From contig NC_089430.1 of NCBI RefSeq assembly GCF_026210795.1, positions 4,836,001-4,900,000 on the forward strand: a stretch of DNA of 64,000 bases. Reading direction: 5' to 3'. This stretch comes from Rhizophagus irregularis. Taxonomy: Eukaryota. The translations under genes and the position numbers were made by a program. Position 1 is the first letter of the stretch. The number at the start of each line of letters is the position of its first letter. This document shows positions 13,901-26,303 of the stretch, piece by piece. Below the pieces are notes generated by a model. That model was not told where the DNA came from and ran no database searches. It saw only the letters and a program-made list of their open reading frames with translations.

Positions 13901-14383
13901 AGGTATACTGATCTACAAATACAAATATATTAGTAAAAATTAAAAACAATAAAATTATATTGTATAATATATTTATTATACCTTATTTATGAATCCTGAT
14001 ATAAAATTATTTGAAGTACTTAAACTTTTCAGAACAATAAATGCATTATGACCTCCTCTTTCCCAATTTTTATTTTTATCATCCCAATAACATATATTTC
14101 CATCAATCCAATTTGCTCTATACATTTCACCAAGTTCATCTTTTGCAATATACTTAATATCATATAATCTATCATAAGGTATCCATTCCAATGCTTCTTC
14201 TATATTATCATGAGCTAATAACTGAGTATTTTGAATAAATTTATCAATATTATCATTACTACTAGTCCAATTTTTGAAATTTCGCTGAAAATGTATTGCG
14301 TAACATGTATTATTACATTTTTTACATCTCTCGACATGTGATAACGTAGTTATCTTCTTAATACTTTTAATAAAAGAATCCAT
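7953..14383 (-). CDS. Protein kinase (TKL-like) with 11 tandem N-lobe modules; 13 exons, ~1,860 aa if all exons are included
   Basis: Exons 14383-13982, 13912-13505, 13435-13013, 12945-12526, 12450-12001, 11931-11503, 11437-11009, 10937-10521, 10453-10040, 9968-9549, 9476-9048, 8961-8082, 8005-7953. All introns GT-AG; the first 11 are phase 0 and 65-86 nt; the frame stays open. Motifs KGGFGKVY, VALK, HQDLHIGN, DMG, APE, DIYSFG. The terminal exon is less certain. Confidence 0.85.
9048..14383 (-). repeat. Tandem array of 11 exon+intron units (~490 bp), each encoding CxxC..C..F + WTSGNxDIDKFIQ + LEWIPYD + kinase beta1-alphaC
   Basis: Eleven similar ORFs in the track (9042-14383) with ~490-bp period. 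Confidence 0.95.
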
Positions 14384-16717
14384 CGACTTTTTTTAAGTTA
14401 TTACTCATGAATTCAGGTTTATAGGATATCTAAAGAATATAAAAAAAGCGAATGAATGAAATTTTTTTAAACTTAATAAATATGCGGAATTTTTCGGATG
14501 TACATTAATTAACGAATTATGCAATGATGCATTGTGCGACAAAGTCTTTTTTGTTTACGGATGTCTATCAAACACTTATTAGTTTTAGGAATATTCATTG
14601 TACCACTATGTAGATCACGTCAAACCTATTGTCTCACTATGTAGATCGTGTCTAACCTATTGTCCCAGTCTATGATCTGCCAATAGTCAATAAGCACATA
14701 ATCTTTAATTTTTATATTTATTGGCTGTTATTTATTAAAGTCACTTTAATTGATCAATCAATGAATTTGATTTTGGATAAGGCCGGCAAAAAAAATTTTT
14801 AGATTCTCGTTGTAATGCCGTAATATACAGTACCTAGTGAATTTATTAATTATAGGGCGCAGTATTATATTTAAATTTAGTGTATAAAAATTTAGTATTT
14901 TAAAATAGTGTAACGTTATAAATTTAGCGTCCGAGATGACGTTAAACTAATGATTTATTAAGTCAAGTGATTCAGATGAGTATGTAGATCATGACGTTAA
15001 TGGTGAAATGATTGGTTTCACAATTAAGGAGTTAATTATTTTGTGGAAAATTGTAAAAGTACGAAATAATTTGTGGGAGTTTACAAATATTTTGTGGAAA
15101 TAATATTTGTAGGAATAATTTATTTTAAGATATTACGCAGTATCCACAATTTAAATTATGAACTTGACATGATCGTCACTCCTTTAAATAGAGGTAATAT
15201 TTTGACTTCCCCAAAATAATTCTGAAGTTACGAATTTTGAAAAATATTAGAAAATGGCTGAGTATTATAACTTATACATAATAATAATATTAATTCGATT
15301 CTTTTAGCATTTTTTATATGATGAAAAATTGCCACATTAAATAAATTAATGGGATTAAAGGATACTAATATGGGAAAACTATTTAGGTATTACATCGTGA
15401 CATAAAATTTAAAAATGACCCGGCCAGCCAGCATTTTTTTTTATATATGTAAAATTTTTTCATATGTAAAATTTTTTTACGCACATTGGCCAAAAAACTT
15501 AAAATCACGTGATGAAATTTTTTACTATAAAAAAAAATTTCCATTTTTCGAAAAATTGACCCGGCCGTCACGACAATCTAATTTTTTTTTTTTTGCCCGG
15601 CCTAACAAAGAACTAATTTTGTGAATTCAAATTTGGAAAATAGTTAACACTAACAAATGGTCCAATCGGGATATCTTAAAATTTTGAACTAGTTTTCTTT
15701 AAGACAAGCAATGTTAGTTTTTATAGTAATAAACAATTTTTTACTGTATATTGTGAACATTTATTATTCAAAAATGTTTTTAGCTATTACAGTTTTACAC
15801 ACAAAATTTATAAAAAAAGGTCCTATATTCTATATAACAACGTCCGTCACATCTAAACTACCCTCTGTATAAATAATTTGAATTGTGTAACGCATTGTGT
15901 TTGCGCCTGACCTATAGATTTTTGTTCTCTATTTATTATTATGGTTAAAGTAATTTGATCGGTAATAACATAAATTCCAATCATCTCTATTTTTCACCAA
16001 AATTTAACATGATTGAAGGTCCCAATTCATGTGACTCTTTGGGCAAATTAATCAGGTTGAGGTTGGGTCAGTTAATTATTGATGATCCAAAAGTTAGTTT
16101 TTTAAAATTATATGCGTTTATTCATTGTTTTATTTGTTTTTAAATTTTTTACCTATTTATTTTTAGTAAGATTTTTTTTTGTGGGTATTGCTAAATCTCA
16201 TCACTTAATTCCGGCCAAAAATTAAAAATTGGCCAGAGTTATAAAATGCCGGTTTATAATTTTGGCCAGTGTCACAAAATACTGATCGCAAAATTTTACT
16301 TTAAATAATGAATATGTTAATAAAATTTGATTTGATGTTAACCATGACAAAATTTTGAAATTTTTGTCAAAAAAAAAAAACTTTTAGTAAAGTGAAAAAT
16401 TAAAAAATCAAAACTTTACATTTTTCTCGAAAATTATCTGAAAAAAGCCTTTTTGACCTTAGCGTTAGACAAATCGCTTCTTCTTGTAAATTTACATATA
16501 AAATAACTGTTTAATATGTGTAGTTGATTATTTAATTTAATATTAATCTTATAAAATTCAAAAAATCGGACTGGTGAAAACCGCCAGGTGATGACAATCA
16601 CCACTGCGCTGGTGACTCTCAAGATTTTTTTTATATAACAATAAGAATTTTGAGATTTTTTTTTATGATAGATTGGTATAAAAAAATTATCTGAAATTTT
16701 TTTTTAATAACAATAAA

Positions 16718-16858
16718 ATAAATTTATCAATATTATCATTACCGCTAGTCCAATTTTTGAAGTTTTGTTAAAACATATCGCGTAATATATGCGGTTACAT
16801 TTTCCACATTTCTTAACATGTGACATTTCTTAATACTTTTGATAAAAGAATAATCCAT
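16718..16858 (-). pseudogene. Truncated paralogous copy of kinase exon 1; upstream similarity extends to ~17020
   Basis: Aligns by eye with 14236-14383 (ATG at 16858, ...NWTSGNDNIDKFI); in-frame TAA where the paralog has CAG; breaks off after DKFI. Confidence 0.7.
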
Positions 16859-17135
16859 CAACCTTTTTTAAAAAATTACAATTAATTCTGTATTTAAAGA
16901 TATAAAAAAAAATGACCAAAAAAGATTTATTTTTTAAAACTCGGAAATGTTAATAAATGCTTAATAAATATACAGAATTTTTCGGTACGAATTAATCGAA
17001 TTATGCAATGATGCATTGTGTAACAATAATTTTCAGATGTTGATCAAAATCAATTGTTAATTAGATTTTCGTTTGTGAATCCAAATTTGTTTACTTTTTG
17101 CATCACTTCGCCGCGCAAGTTATTTCATTAGTTAG

Positions 17136-17318
17136 CTAGGACCCCAGAGCTATACATAGAAAGGTCAGGTCCTGGTTATTTGCTCAGAATGAGCAAAAAA
17201 ATCATGTAGACCGCTTCCATTTGTGGCATTTGTGGATAATGCCGACCAGCATTACATGCGTAGAGCTAATAGTAAATGTGTGCCGATTTCCCCGACTTAT
17301 ATATAACTGGGGTCCTAG
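17136..17318. mobile_element. 183-bp MITE
   Basis: Perfect 12-bp TIR ctaggaccccag / ctggggtcctag; flanks ttagttag and ttagttat (7/8 match). Confidence 0.6.
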
Positions 17319-20300
17319 TTAGTTATGCGAATATTAACATAATCATGCATATAACGGTATTTATATAAAACCATACGAAAGTTTTAAAAAGAAATATTAG
17401 TTGTTAATGATATTAACAAATTATTATTAAGTATAATTACGTTATTAGTATTAATTCCTAAAAATAGTCACATTAGATTAATAGCAGATAAAGAAATTAA
17501 AATATTAATCAAGAATTTATAAGAGAAAATGGCGTGAGAAAGGAAATGGATTATAGTAATCATTCCTGTCTCAATTATTTAGCAGCCTGGACCAAAGAAA
17601 ACAATATTAACTTATTTAGAGGACGAAGAATAACAATATAAATTAAATAAAAGAATGATGATGATATAGATAACACATCAATAACGATTTAATACATTGC
17701 TAAACTTGACTATAGTTATGATTTTAAAAAATTTCCTTGATAGTTTCTTTGAATAAAAAAGCATTTGTTGCCAATATTAACTTGGTCAATTGAGATAGAT
17801 GTAATATTTAGTCTAATTTTGCGAAACGGACACACTATAATACTTCAAGTTCGATAATGACGAAATTTTTTAAAACTTTAACGTCAAATCATACTTACTT
17901 TGTTTTTGCAAATTATCCATTAAGATATTTCTTCAAATAGCTTTCTAATAATTTAAATGTCTTTAAGAAGCTTACCATGTTCAAAAAATTGAACCAGTAT
18001 AAATATTAGTTGCACAGCCTGATTATGTACTGCTGTTTATAATAAGAATTAATTTTTGGGTTTAAATAATACTGTGAACTTGCGGAATAAATATTAAATA
18101 ATTTTGTTTCAAAACCAACCTGTAATAATCATACTTTCCATTTTTTTTTAAAAAAAAATTATTTACCTAATGTATCGTGAAAAAAATAGTATATATGTAC
18201 AGTATATATGATACTTTATTATATTAAAAAGTCACAAAAATTTAATGTATTTTTCGAAAATAATTAATCTTATTTTTTTTCAGGTGAGTCATGATATATA
18301 AATACTAGCTGAACAAATTTTGTCGCTATGGTGTAAAGACATTAAAATTCTTATATACACTTTATAATGACTAATGACTTCGGACTATGCGAAAATAAAT
18401 TTAAAATTGTCCCGTTTGTGATAACGTTTCTATATCAATTATTGCAAGATGAGAAAAGTAAATTATAAAAGATTCGAGAAATTCTATCGCAAGTCCTGCA
18501 TGTGATCTTCTTTAGCAAAGTCATGTGATACTGAAGACCGTCTGATGCATGTCGAAAAATTCCTATTACTGTACATAAAATAAACTTTATAATGTACTAT
18601 AATCTGTAAAAACATTAGATCTTCCATATTATTTACTATAAATTATCTCAATCCTTCGTTATCTATATACTTCAAAATGGTCATATAAATCATTATTATG
18701 TGCAATCTACTGTACATATATAATTTTATGGGATGATAAAAAAATGTATTAAGATTTTTTTTCTAAACTATAAATGATACAGACTAGTAGAATAAAAAGA
18801 TTGGTACATTATCAATAAAATAATATATATAAATATATTTTTTCAGCTTGATAAAATTATGTGCACTCATCTGTATATTTGTATATTTACACATCATTCA
18901 AAAAATAAATTCTATCTTTTTATTAGTTACTTAAAAAAATAATGAATTAAAATCTTACTAAAAAAATACAATTGTGGTTTTCAGAAAATTTTTGTAATTC
19001 ATGTACTAATTTAACTTACTATGGTTGAAATATTACGTCTATATAACAAAAAAATTCGACGATGTTTAGATTATTATTGATTGACAATTATTCATATCAG
19101 TCATTTGAATAAAAGTTATTCATGCAAAAAAAAATTACACACAATCTTAATGTGGGATTTGTCATGAAATATAACGTAAATAATATAAATATGTCCCAGT
19201 TTCGGGTCTCTCTTATAATAAAAGCGGCAAGTGAGTAAAGAACGGAAAGTAAGTAAAAAAGAAATAATTTTTTTCAACTTGACTTTTTTTTCGGCTTGGG
19301 ATACTAGAAAGTAAAAAAATTGGTTCAGTTTTTTATATTAACAAACATTAGTTTTTTCTTCTTTTTATTAGGCGTCTCACTGAAGTCTGTTTTCTCTTCT
19401 CTTCTCTTTTCTTTAGGTCTTCTTTTGCTTTTCGACTAAATAATCTTGAACGTTGAATAATTCTTTGATAAGTAACTCTCCAGATGAAACTAATAAACAA
19501 AGAATATCTTCACCTGATAGGTCTTCTCTTTTCTTTAAGTCATCTTTTATTAGGTCCCTTTTTTACATCATGTAGGGTTGGGAGTGTGAGTTGTGTATGG
19601 GTTGGTGGGTATCATCGTTTACCTCTTTTTTTTTTTTCTCTTTCCCTTCTCTCAATGGCGCAATACTTGACTGACCTTACATAAAAGTTCTTTTTCTGGA
19701 ATAAATTGATTTCTATTTACTTAAATTTTTTCGATTTTAAGCCTAGTTCAGTAGTTAAAATCATTTATTTAAGTAAAATATTTTCTCAATCGTTATAATT
19801 TAATTTATGAAAAAAATAATCATAATAAATCTAACATTATTTAAATATTGTATTTATTTAAACGGTTATGTACAAATAGACTTTTATTTTGTTTTATTGT
19901 TACCAAGTAGTAAAGCAAATGATACAAGTTTAGTTATATAAAAAAACGTGTTCTTAATCGAGATTCCTAATAATATAACGGCGACGATAACTATGACTAG
20001 CATCTTCTGTCTTAATTTCAACGACCATAAAATTTTTATCTTGAAAAGAAGATATTTAAAGGATTTTAGATTGAAACTTTTTTTTTTGAAATTCATACCA
20101 CATTTTCATTTCATATTACTTGTATATATAGATAATTTTCTGAAATAGACCCGGTTTAAGAAAATTATACTGTGAGCTTTCTTTCAAGGCAACGTTTAGA
20201 ATGTGATTTAGGAAAAAAATTCTTCAACACCTGCTGGCAATTAGGGTAATAATTGGATATTTCATATTTATTTTTTAACTATTTTATGTTTAATACTTGA

Positions 20301-21314
20301 CTCGTGCATTTGATATTAGACTTTAAATTAAGCTATTTCTTAGTTAATTAAATTAATAAACATCAAATTAAAAATATTTATAATAAAAAAAAAATATATA
20401 TAATAATAAGTAAGATTGAAATTATTATCTGTTATACATTAATTAAAAAGTATGCAATTGTTATGAACATTACACTTAATCGAAGATTTTAATATAACAC
20501 TAATATTCACATTACGCTGGTAATTATAACGAGTTGAATATTTCAGCAAAAAATTATAATTTTATAGTAAAAAGTTTTCAACATTTTAATTTATTAACAA
20601 TTTAGTGATTTTTATTAAAATTTAAAAAATCCAAAGTTGCTACAGAATGCAAAAAATCGAAATTATTTTGATGAAAAAAAAAAGTATTTAAGAGAAATTA
20701 CAAATAGATAAATTTTTGTGAAATTAGTATCAATTAACAAAAGTCATATTAGATACTTCAGTTGACAAACAACTTGTCTTTCTTCATTATTAATTAATTA
20801 ATTGATTAATTGCAGCATTATTTTCAACAATAGAATTTCATATGTACCGTTTGGGTCAAAATTGCAATATTTTTATTTCCAAATTTTGATTTTTTGATTT
20901 TTCGTATGATTATTTGCCTCTATATAAATTACCAGATTTGAATATTAATTACCGAAATTTCTATATTTATAAAAAATGATATCAAATTTATGTAAGCCTT
21001 TTCATAAACAAAAACGTAATTTATATCCCAAATGGTAACTGATTCAAATAATGAAAAATGATTTTCATATTGCATGATACAAAACAACATGTAGATTCTT
21101 CCTTTTTTGAATCAGGCGGCATTATGTAATTTTGGCTCTGATCTTTTGTTACCTAATTATATATTATTCAGGTTTACCTTACGTCCTTACGCAGAGAAAA
21201 TTGACTTCCATTTATATAACCTTGGGCGAAGTTTTTTTTTTTTCCTAATTCAAAATTTATTTTTATTTTTTAAAAAAATTTCTTACATTCTTTTACATAA
21301 AGCAAAAAGCTTCA

Positions 21315-24202
21315 ATGGAATTGAAGTTAATTAATCATGATATTTCTGCTATTAAAAATAATATAAAATGTTTTAAGAGTAGTGATTTATTTATTCATCT
21401 ATCAACACATAGTAAATATGAAGCAATATTTAGAAGAAAATTGGAATGGATTCCTTATAATAAATTTTGTGATGTTAAATATATTGTAGTAGACATGTTT
21501 AAAAAAATGTATAGAGCAAAGTGGATTAATAAAAGAAACAGTGTGTTTCTAAAAAGTTTAGATGATCCAAATAACGTTACACCGGAGTTCGTAACAAGTG
21601 TATGTTTGAATTTATTATTTAATGAAATTTTTTCAAACAATCTTATTTATATTAACGTAATTTATTATTATCATAGATTACAGTACTACATGAAATTTAT
21701 GGAATAACTCAAGTCCCAAAAACAAAAACTTTTATGTTAGTTTTGAATGAAATGTGTGAAAAATGTAATATTATATGTAGTGCGATGCATTATCAACAAA
21801 ATTTTGAAAATTGGACTAGCGGTAATAATGATATTGACAAATATATTCAAAATACGCAGCTATTAGCACATGTTGGTCATAAAAATTCATTGGAATGGAT
21901 ACCTTATGATAGATTCTATGATTTTAAATATGTTGCAGAAGGCAAGTTTGGCAAGACGTATAAAGCAAATTGGACTGATGGAAATATAAGATATTGGTAT
22001 AGTAATAATTGGATAAGAGAAAATCCAAATATGCTTGTATTTCTGAAAAGCTTGAAAAATTTAAAAGATATTACATTGGAACTTAATGAGGTATAATATG
22101 AATTTGTATTATAATATATAATTGAGAACTCAATTTCACTAAATACTAATGTATTGTTTTTGTAGATTACGGTACCTCATAAATTCTATGGAATAACTCA
22201 AGATCCAAAAACAAATACTTATATGGCAGTTTTGAGTGAAACATGCGAAAATTGTGATAGTATATGTAATGCAATACATTTTCAACGAAATTTTGAAAAT
22301 TGGACTAGCGGTAATAAAAATATTGATAAACTTATTCAAGACACCCAGCTATCAGTACATAGTAAATATGCATCAGTAATTAAAAAAATATTAGAATGGG
22401 TACCTTATAATAGACTTTATAATATTAAATATATCTCAGAAAGCAATTATAAAGCAACTTGGATTGATGGATGTATAGATAAATGGGATCATCATAATAA
22501 TAAAACTTGGAAAAGAAAAGAACAGAATTTGATTGTATTTCTGAAAAGTTTAGATAATCCAAATAATATTACGTCAGAATACATAAATGAGGTATATTAA
22601 ATTTATTATTTAATGTATGAAATTTTTTTTTTAATTTTGATTTTTACTATGTTTATATTTGTAGATTTCAAAACATTATGAAGTTTACGGAATAACTCAA
22701 GATCCAGAAACAAAGAATTATATGATGATTTATAATGAAGTATGTGGAAAATGTAAATATATATGTAGTGCAATACATTTTCAACGAAATTTTAAAAATT
22801 GGACTAGTGGTAACATAAATGTTGATAAATTTATTCAAGATATTCAGTTGTCAGTTCATAAAGACACTAATATAAGAAACGTATTAGAATGGATACCTTA
22901 TGATAAATTTAACAATATTAAATACATTGGGAAAGGTGGATTTGCTAATGTGTATAGTGCAGAGTGGGCAATAAATGGTCAACATAATAAATTGGTCGCT
23001 CTAAAAAGTTTAAATAATTCAAAAAATATTACATTAGAATTTATGAATGAGGTATGATTATTTTATTTTATTTATTAAGAATTTCGAAATTTTGCTTTTT
23101 TGTAATATTTATTATATTTATTAATATTTCTTTTATATATATATATAGATTGCTTTACATAACAAAATAGGAAATTCTTTTTCTATTATTGATTTTCATG
23201 GTATAACTCAAGATCCAAAAACAAAAAATTATATGATGGTTTTGGAATATGCAAAGGAAGGAAGTTTACGAAATTATTTAGATAAAAATTATAATGAATT
23301 AAGTTGGGATGATAAATTACTTCATTTATATTATATTTCATCTGGACTTGTATCTATTCATAAAAATGGTTTAGTTCATCGAGATTTTCATATAAGCAAC
23401 ATATTGGTATCCAACTACACAAAAATAACTGATATGGGATTATGTAAACCTGTAAATTATGATGCATCAGAAAATACAAAAAAATGTATATATGGTGTTT
23501 TGCCTTATATTGCTCCTGAGATTTTACAAGGTCAAAGTTATACCAAAGCTGCGGATATTTATAGTTTTGGTATTATTATGTATGAAGTAATTTCTGGGTT
23601 ACCACCATATCATGATGTAAGTCATGATAAAAATTTAGCGATAAAAATTTGTCAAGGGCTTAGACCAAAGTTTAACATTAAGGTACCACAATTAATCGTG
23701 CATTTAATTAAAAAATGCTTAGAAGCAAATCCATTAAATCGACCAACAGCAGATGAAATTGAAAAAATTTTATGTAGTTGGCGTGATAATCGTGTAGTAG
23801 AATTACAAAAACAAATTAAAGAAGCAGAAGAAATGAATAATAAATTACTAGCTGGTGGTATACATTCAACCAATTTAAGAGTATCATATAGGACACATTC
23901 TGAAGCTATTTATACAAGTAGATTACTTAATTTTGATAATCTTCCCAAACCAAAAAATTCTGATTATTATTATGAAAAGAAGGATACTAGTATGAATAGC
24001 ATTGAATCTTCAGGTACTGTGCGTTTAATAAAAAAAAAAAAATATTTAAAACAATTATAATAAATGCTAACTAAAACTTTATTTATTTTAATTAGCGCCA
24101 TTGTCTTTACAAATTGATGTTTCAAAATTGAATATTAACTACAATAATAATCCCGCCAAATCGAAAAATTCTGGTGCTTATTATAAACAAAGGATATTAT
24201 AA
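21315..24202 (+). CDS. Protein kinase (TKL-like) with 4 tandem N-lobe modules (the first is partial)
   Basis: Exons 21315-21599, 21677-22090, 22166-22591, 22665-23051, 23149-24013, 24096-24202, GT-AG, in frame. Motifs GKGGFANVY, VALK, HRDFHISN, DMG, APE. The 3' end is uncertain: a repeated tail exon lies near 24294. Confidence 0.82.
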
Positions 24203-26303
24203 ATAATACGAGACCTTCAGGTATTGATAAAAAATGTTTAAAATAATTACAAAATAAAAAATTTACTGATAAGACATTTTATTTATTAAATAGTGTCATT
24301 ATTACCTTTACAAATTAATGTCTCTTAAATTAAATATTGGTTGGAATGGTAAATTTTAACTTTTATTATATTAACACTTGATATTATTAATTCTTAAATT
24401 CAATAATCTCTTTAATTTAGGTCAAAATAGCAAATTTAAGGATTTAAGGCCAAATATAAGTCTAGGACTAATCATAAATAAGTGATTTCCATTGGTCATA
24501 GAAATTGAAAGAATTTTTAATTTGTTGGATCGAATAATGTGTAAATATTTTTTCGCCATTATAAAATATAATTACGTTTGGAGTTCACTATTCCTAAAAA
24601 CAAAGTGAAAGTGTACGAGAAATATTTTTTAAGACAAAACCATTTAAGAAAGTAAAGAAGGGCGGGAAAAAATAGTGATATTCTAGAAAAAAAACTTTGA
24701 ATAGAAATTACAATATTTCCTTTTTATTCCAGTTTTTAAAATGATAATACCGATAAGAATATGATAGATTATCAAATTTAATATTTATTGATTAAATAAA
24801 TCCACTAAACTTTTAATTATACTAATATAGACTTTATTGCGCACATAATTTGATCCTAATACATAAAAAATTTATGTTAAATGAAAAAAGTTTTTAATAA
24901 TAATATTATACATCTCATGAAAATATCGTTTATTAATTGCAAGAGCGAAATATAAAGTACAGGACGTGTGAAGATTAATGATTCCGGCCGATATCTATAA
25001 AATTGTAGGCCATTCTAGAAGTTGGAGTTAATCGGTCAATCAGTTAAGGTTAATTGGTTTTTGGTCAGTTCCAACCTCTAGGTCATTTTTATACAAATTG
25101 TATTCTTTATCTGTTATTAAATTATACAGTATCAAATTTTAATTTTAATTATTTTCATTTCTAATATTTCTACTAATACACTGCAAAAAAATTTAATAAA
25201 ACGTTCAGTTTATAAAGTTTATAACAACGCTCCATGACTCAGCAACTAACCCTGTAAAAAATTTTATCCGTTATTTCTGTAAAAACTCCATAAAAATGAG
25301 CCTTTCACGGATCCATTCATGGAAATTATAAATAATTCGATAAATCCGTATTAATTCCGGAATATGAGCCTTTTACGGAAAAAAGATGGAATATAAAAAA
25401 CGGATCGACTTTTTTATAGAGTCAGATTTTTAATATGACTGACAATATAATGGCGAAAATAATTCTTCATCATAAATGACATAAATGACTTTGTGATACG
25501 ATTTCATACCTTTTTATCCGAGATTTAATTCATCGATCGAAAAAACTCTATATCTCGAAAGAAAATGACTTTTTAACTAAATTATGTCTTGAAGTGAAAA
25601 TAAAATTCTAGAAAATCAGAGTCATGTTTTATTATTTCATCCCGTACAATTAAGATCATTTCAGCTAAACCCCTGATTCTAGGCAAATTCTATCACACTA
25701 TCATTTGATCATTCCGGGCACTTCTTTTTCCCTACTACAAAAGTGATATATAAACTGATTATCATTTTTAGTCCTTTATACTATTTTAAGTTTTTTAAAT
25801 TACTATCGAATTAAAAAAAATATGCAAAACCTTAACGTTAAATAAAAAAAAAAGATATATATATTTAACATTATTGTAATGACAATTTCCTTTTATTTAA
25901 AGAATTCGAAAGGATAAAATAGTTAAAATTAAATAAAAAGAATATATTTTTTTGGTTAAATAGTATAATTTAAATAATTCACAAATTAAATAGTAATTTT
26001 AGTTTATCTCATCACTTTTTTAGTTCAAAAGTTTAATTAAAAATAACTAAAATCTCAATCAAAATTCAACTACTAAAATTTACTCATTTTCTACGCATCT
26101 AGACCAGAATCATGTAATGCCGCCTGGCATTATCCAAAAAAGGGAGATCTACACGTTACTTGGTTACTCTACGCAAAACTCCGTATTTGTGTATTTCTTG
26201 GGTCTAAACTGGAAATGATTTCTATTTGATCACAAGGTGGTACAATGCAGTTGCATTTTACATAAGGTTTCAGCCATTAAAATTGGTAACCAATTTTTTA
26301 ACA

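Noticed and set aside
8252..13933. Short + strand ORFs (MNKFINIII... and others)
   Set aside because: Antisense shadows of the kinase repeat exons.
9042..14383. Eleven separate small genes, as the ORF track suggests
   Set aside because: Each ORF is bounded by in-frame phase-0 GT/AG sites; its stop lies just inside the intron.
25249..25402. Possible MITE (accctgtaaaaa ... tttttatagagt)
   Set aside because: TIR only 10/12 and no TSD found; not supportable.
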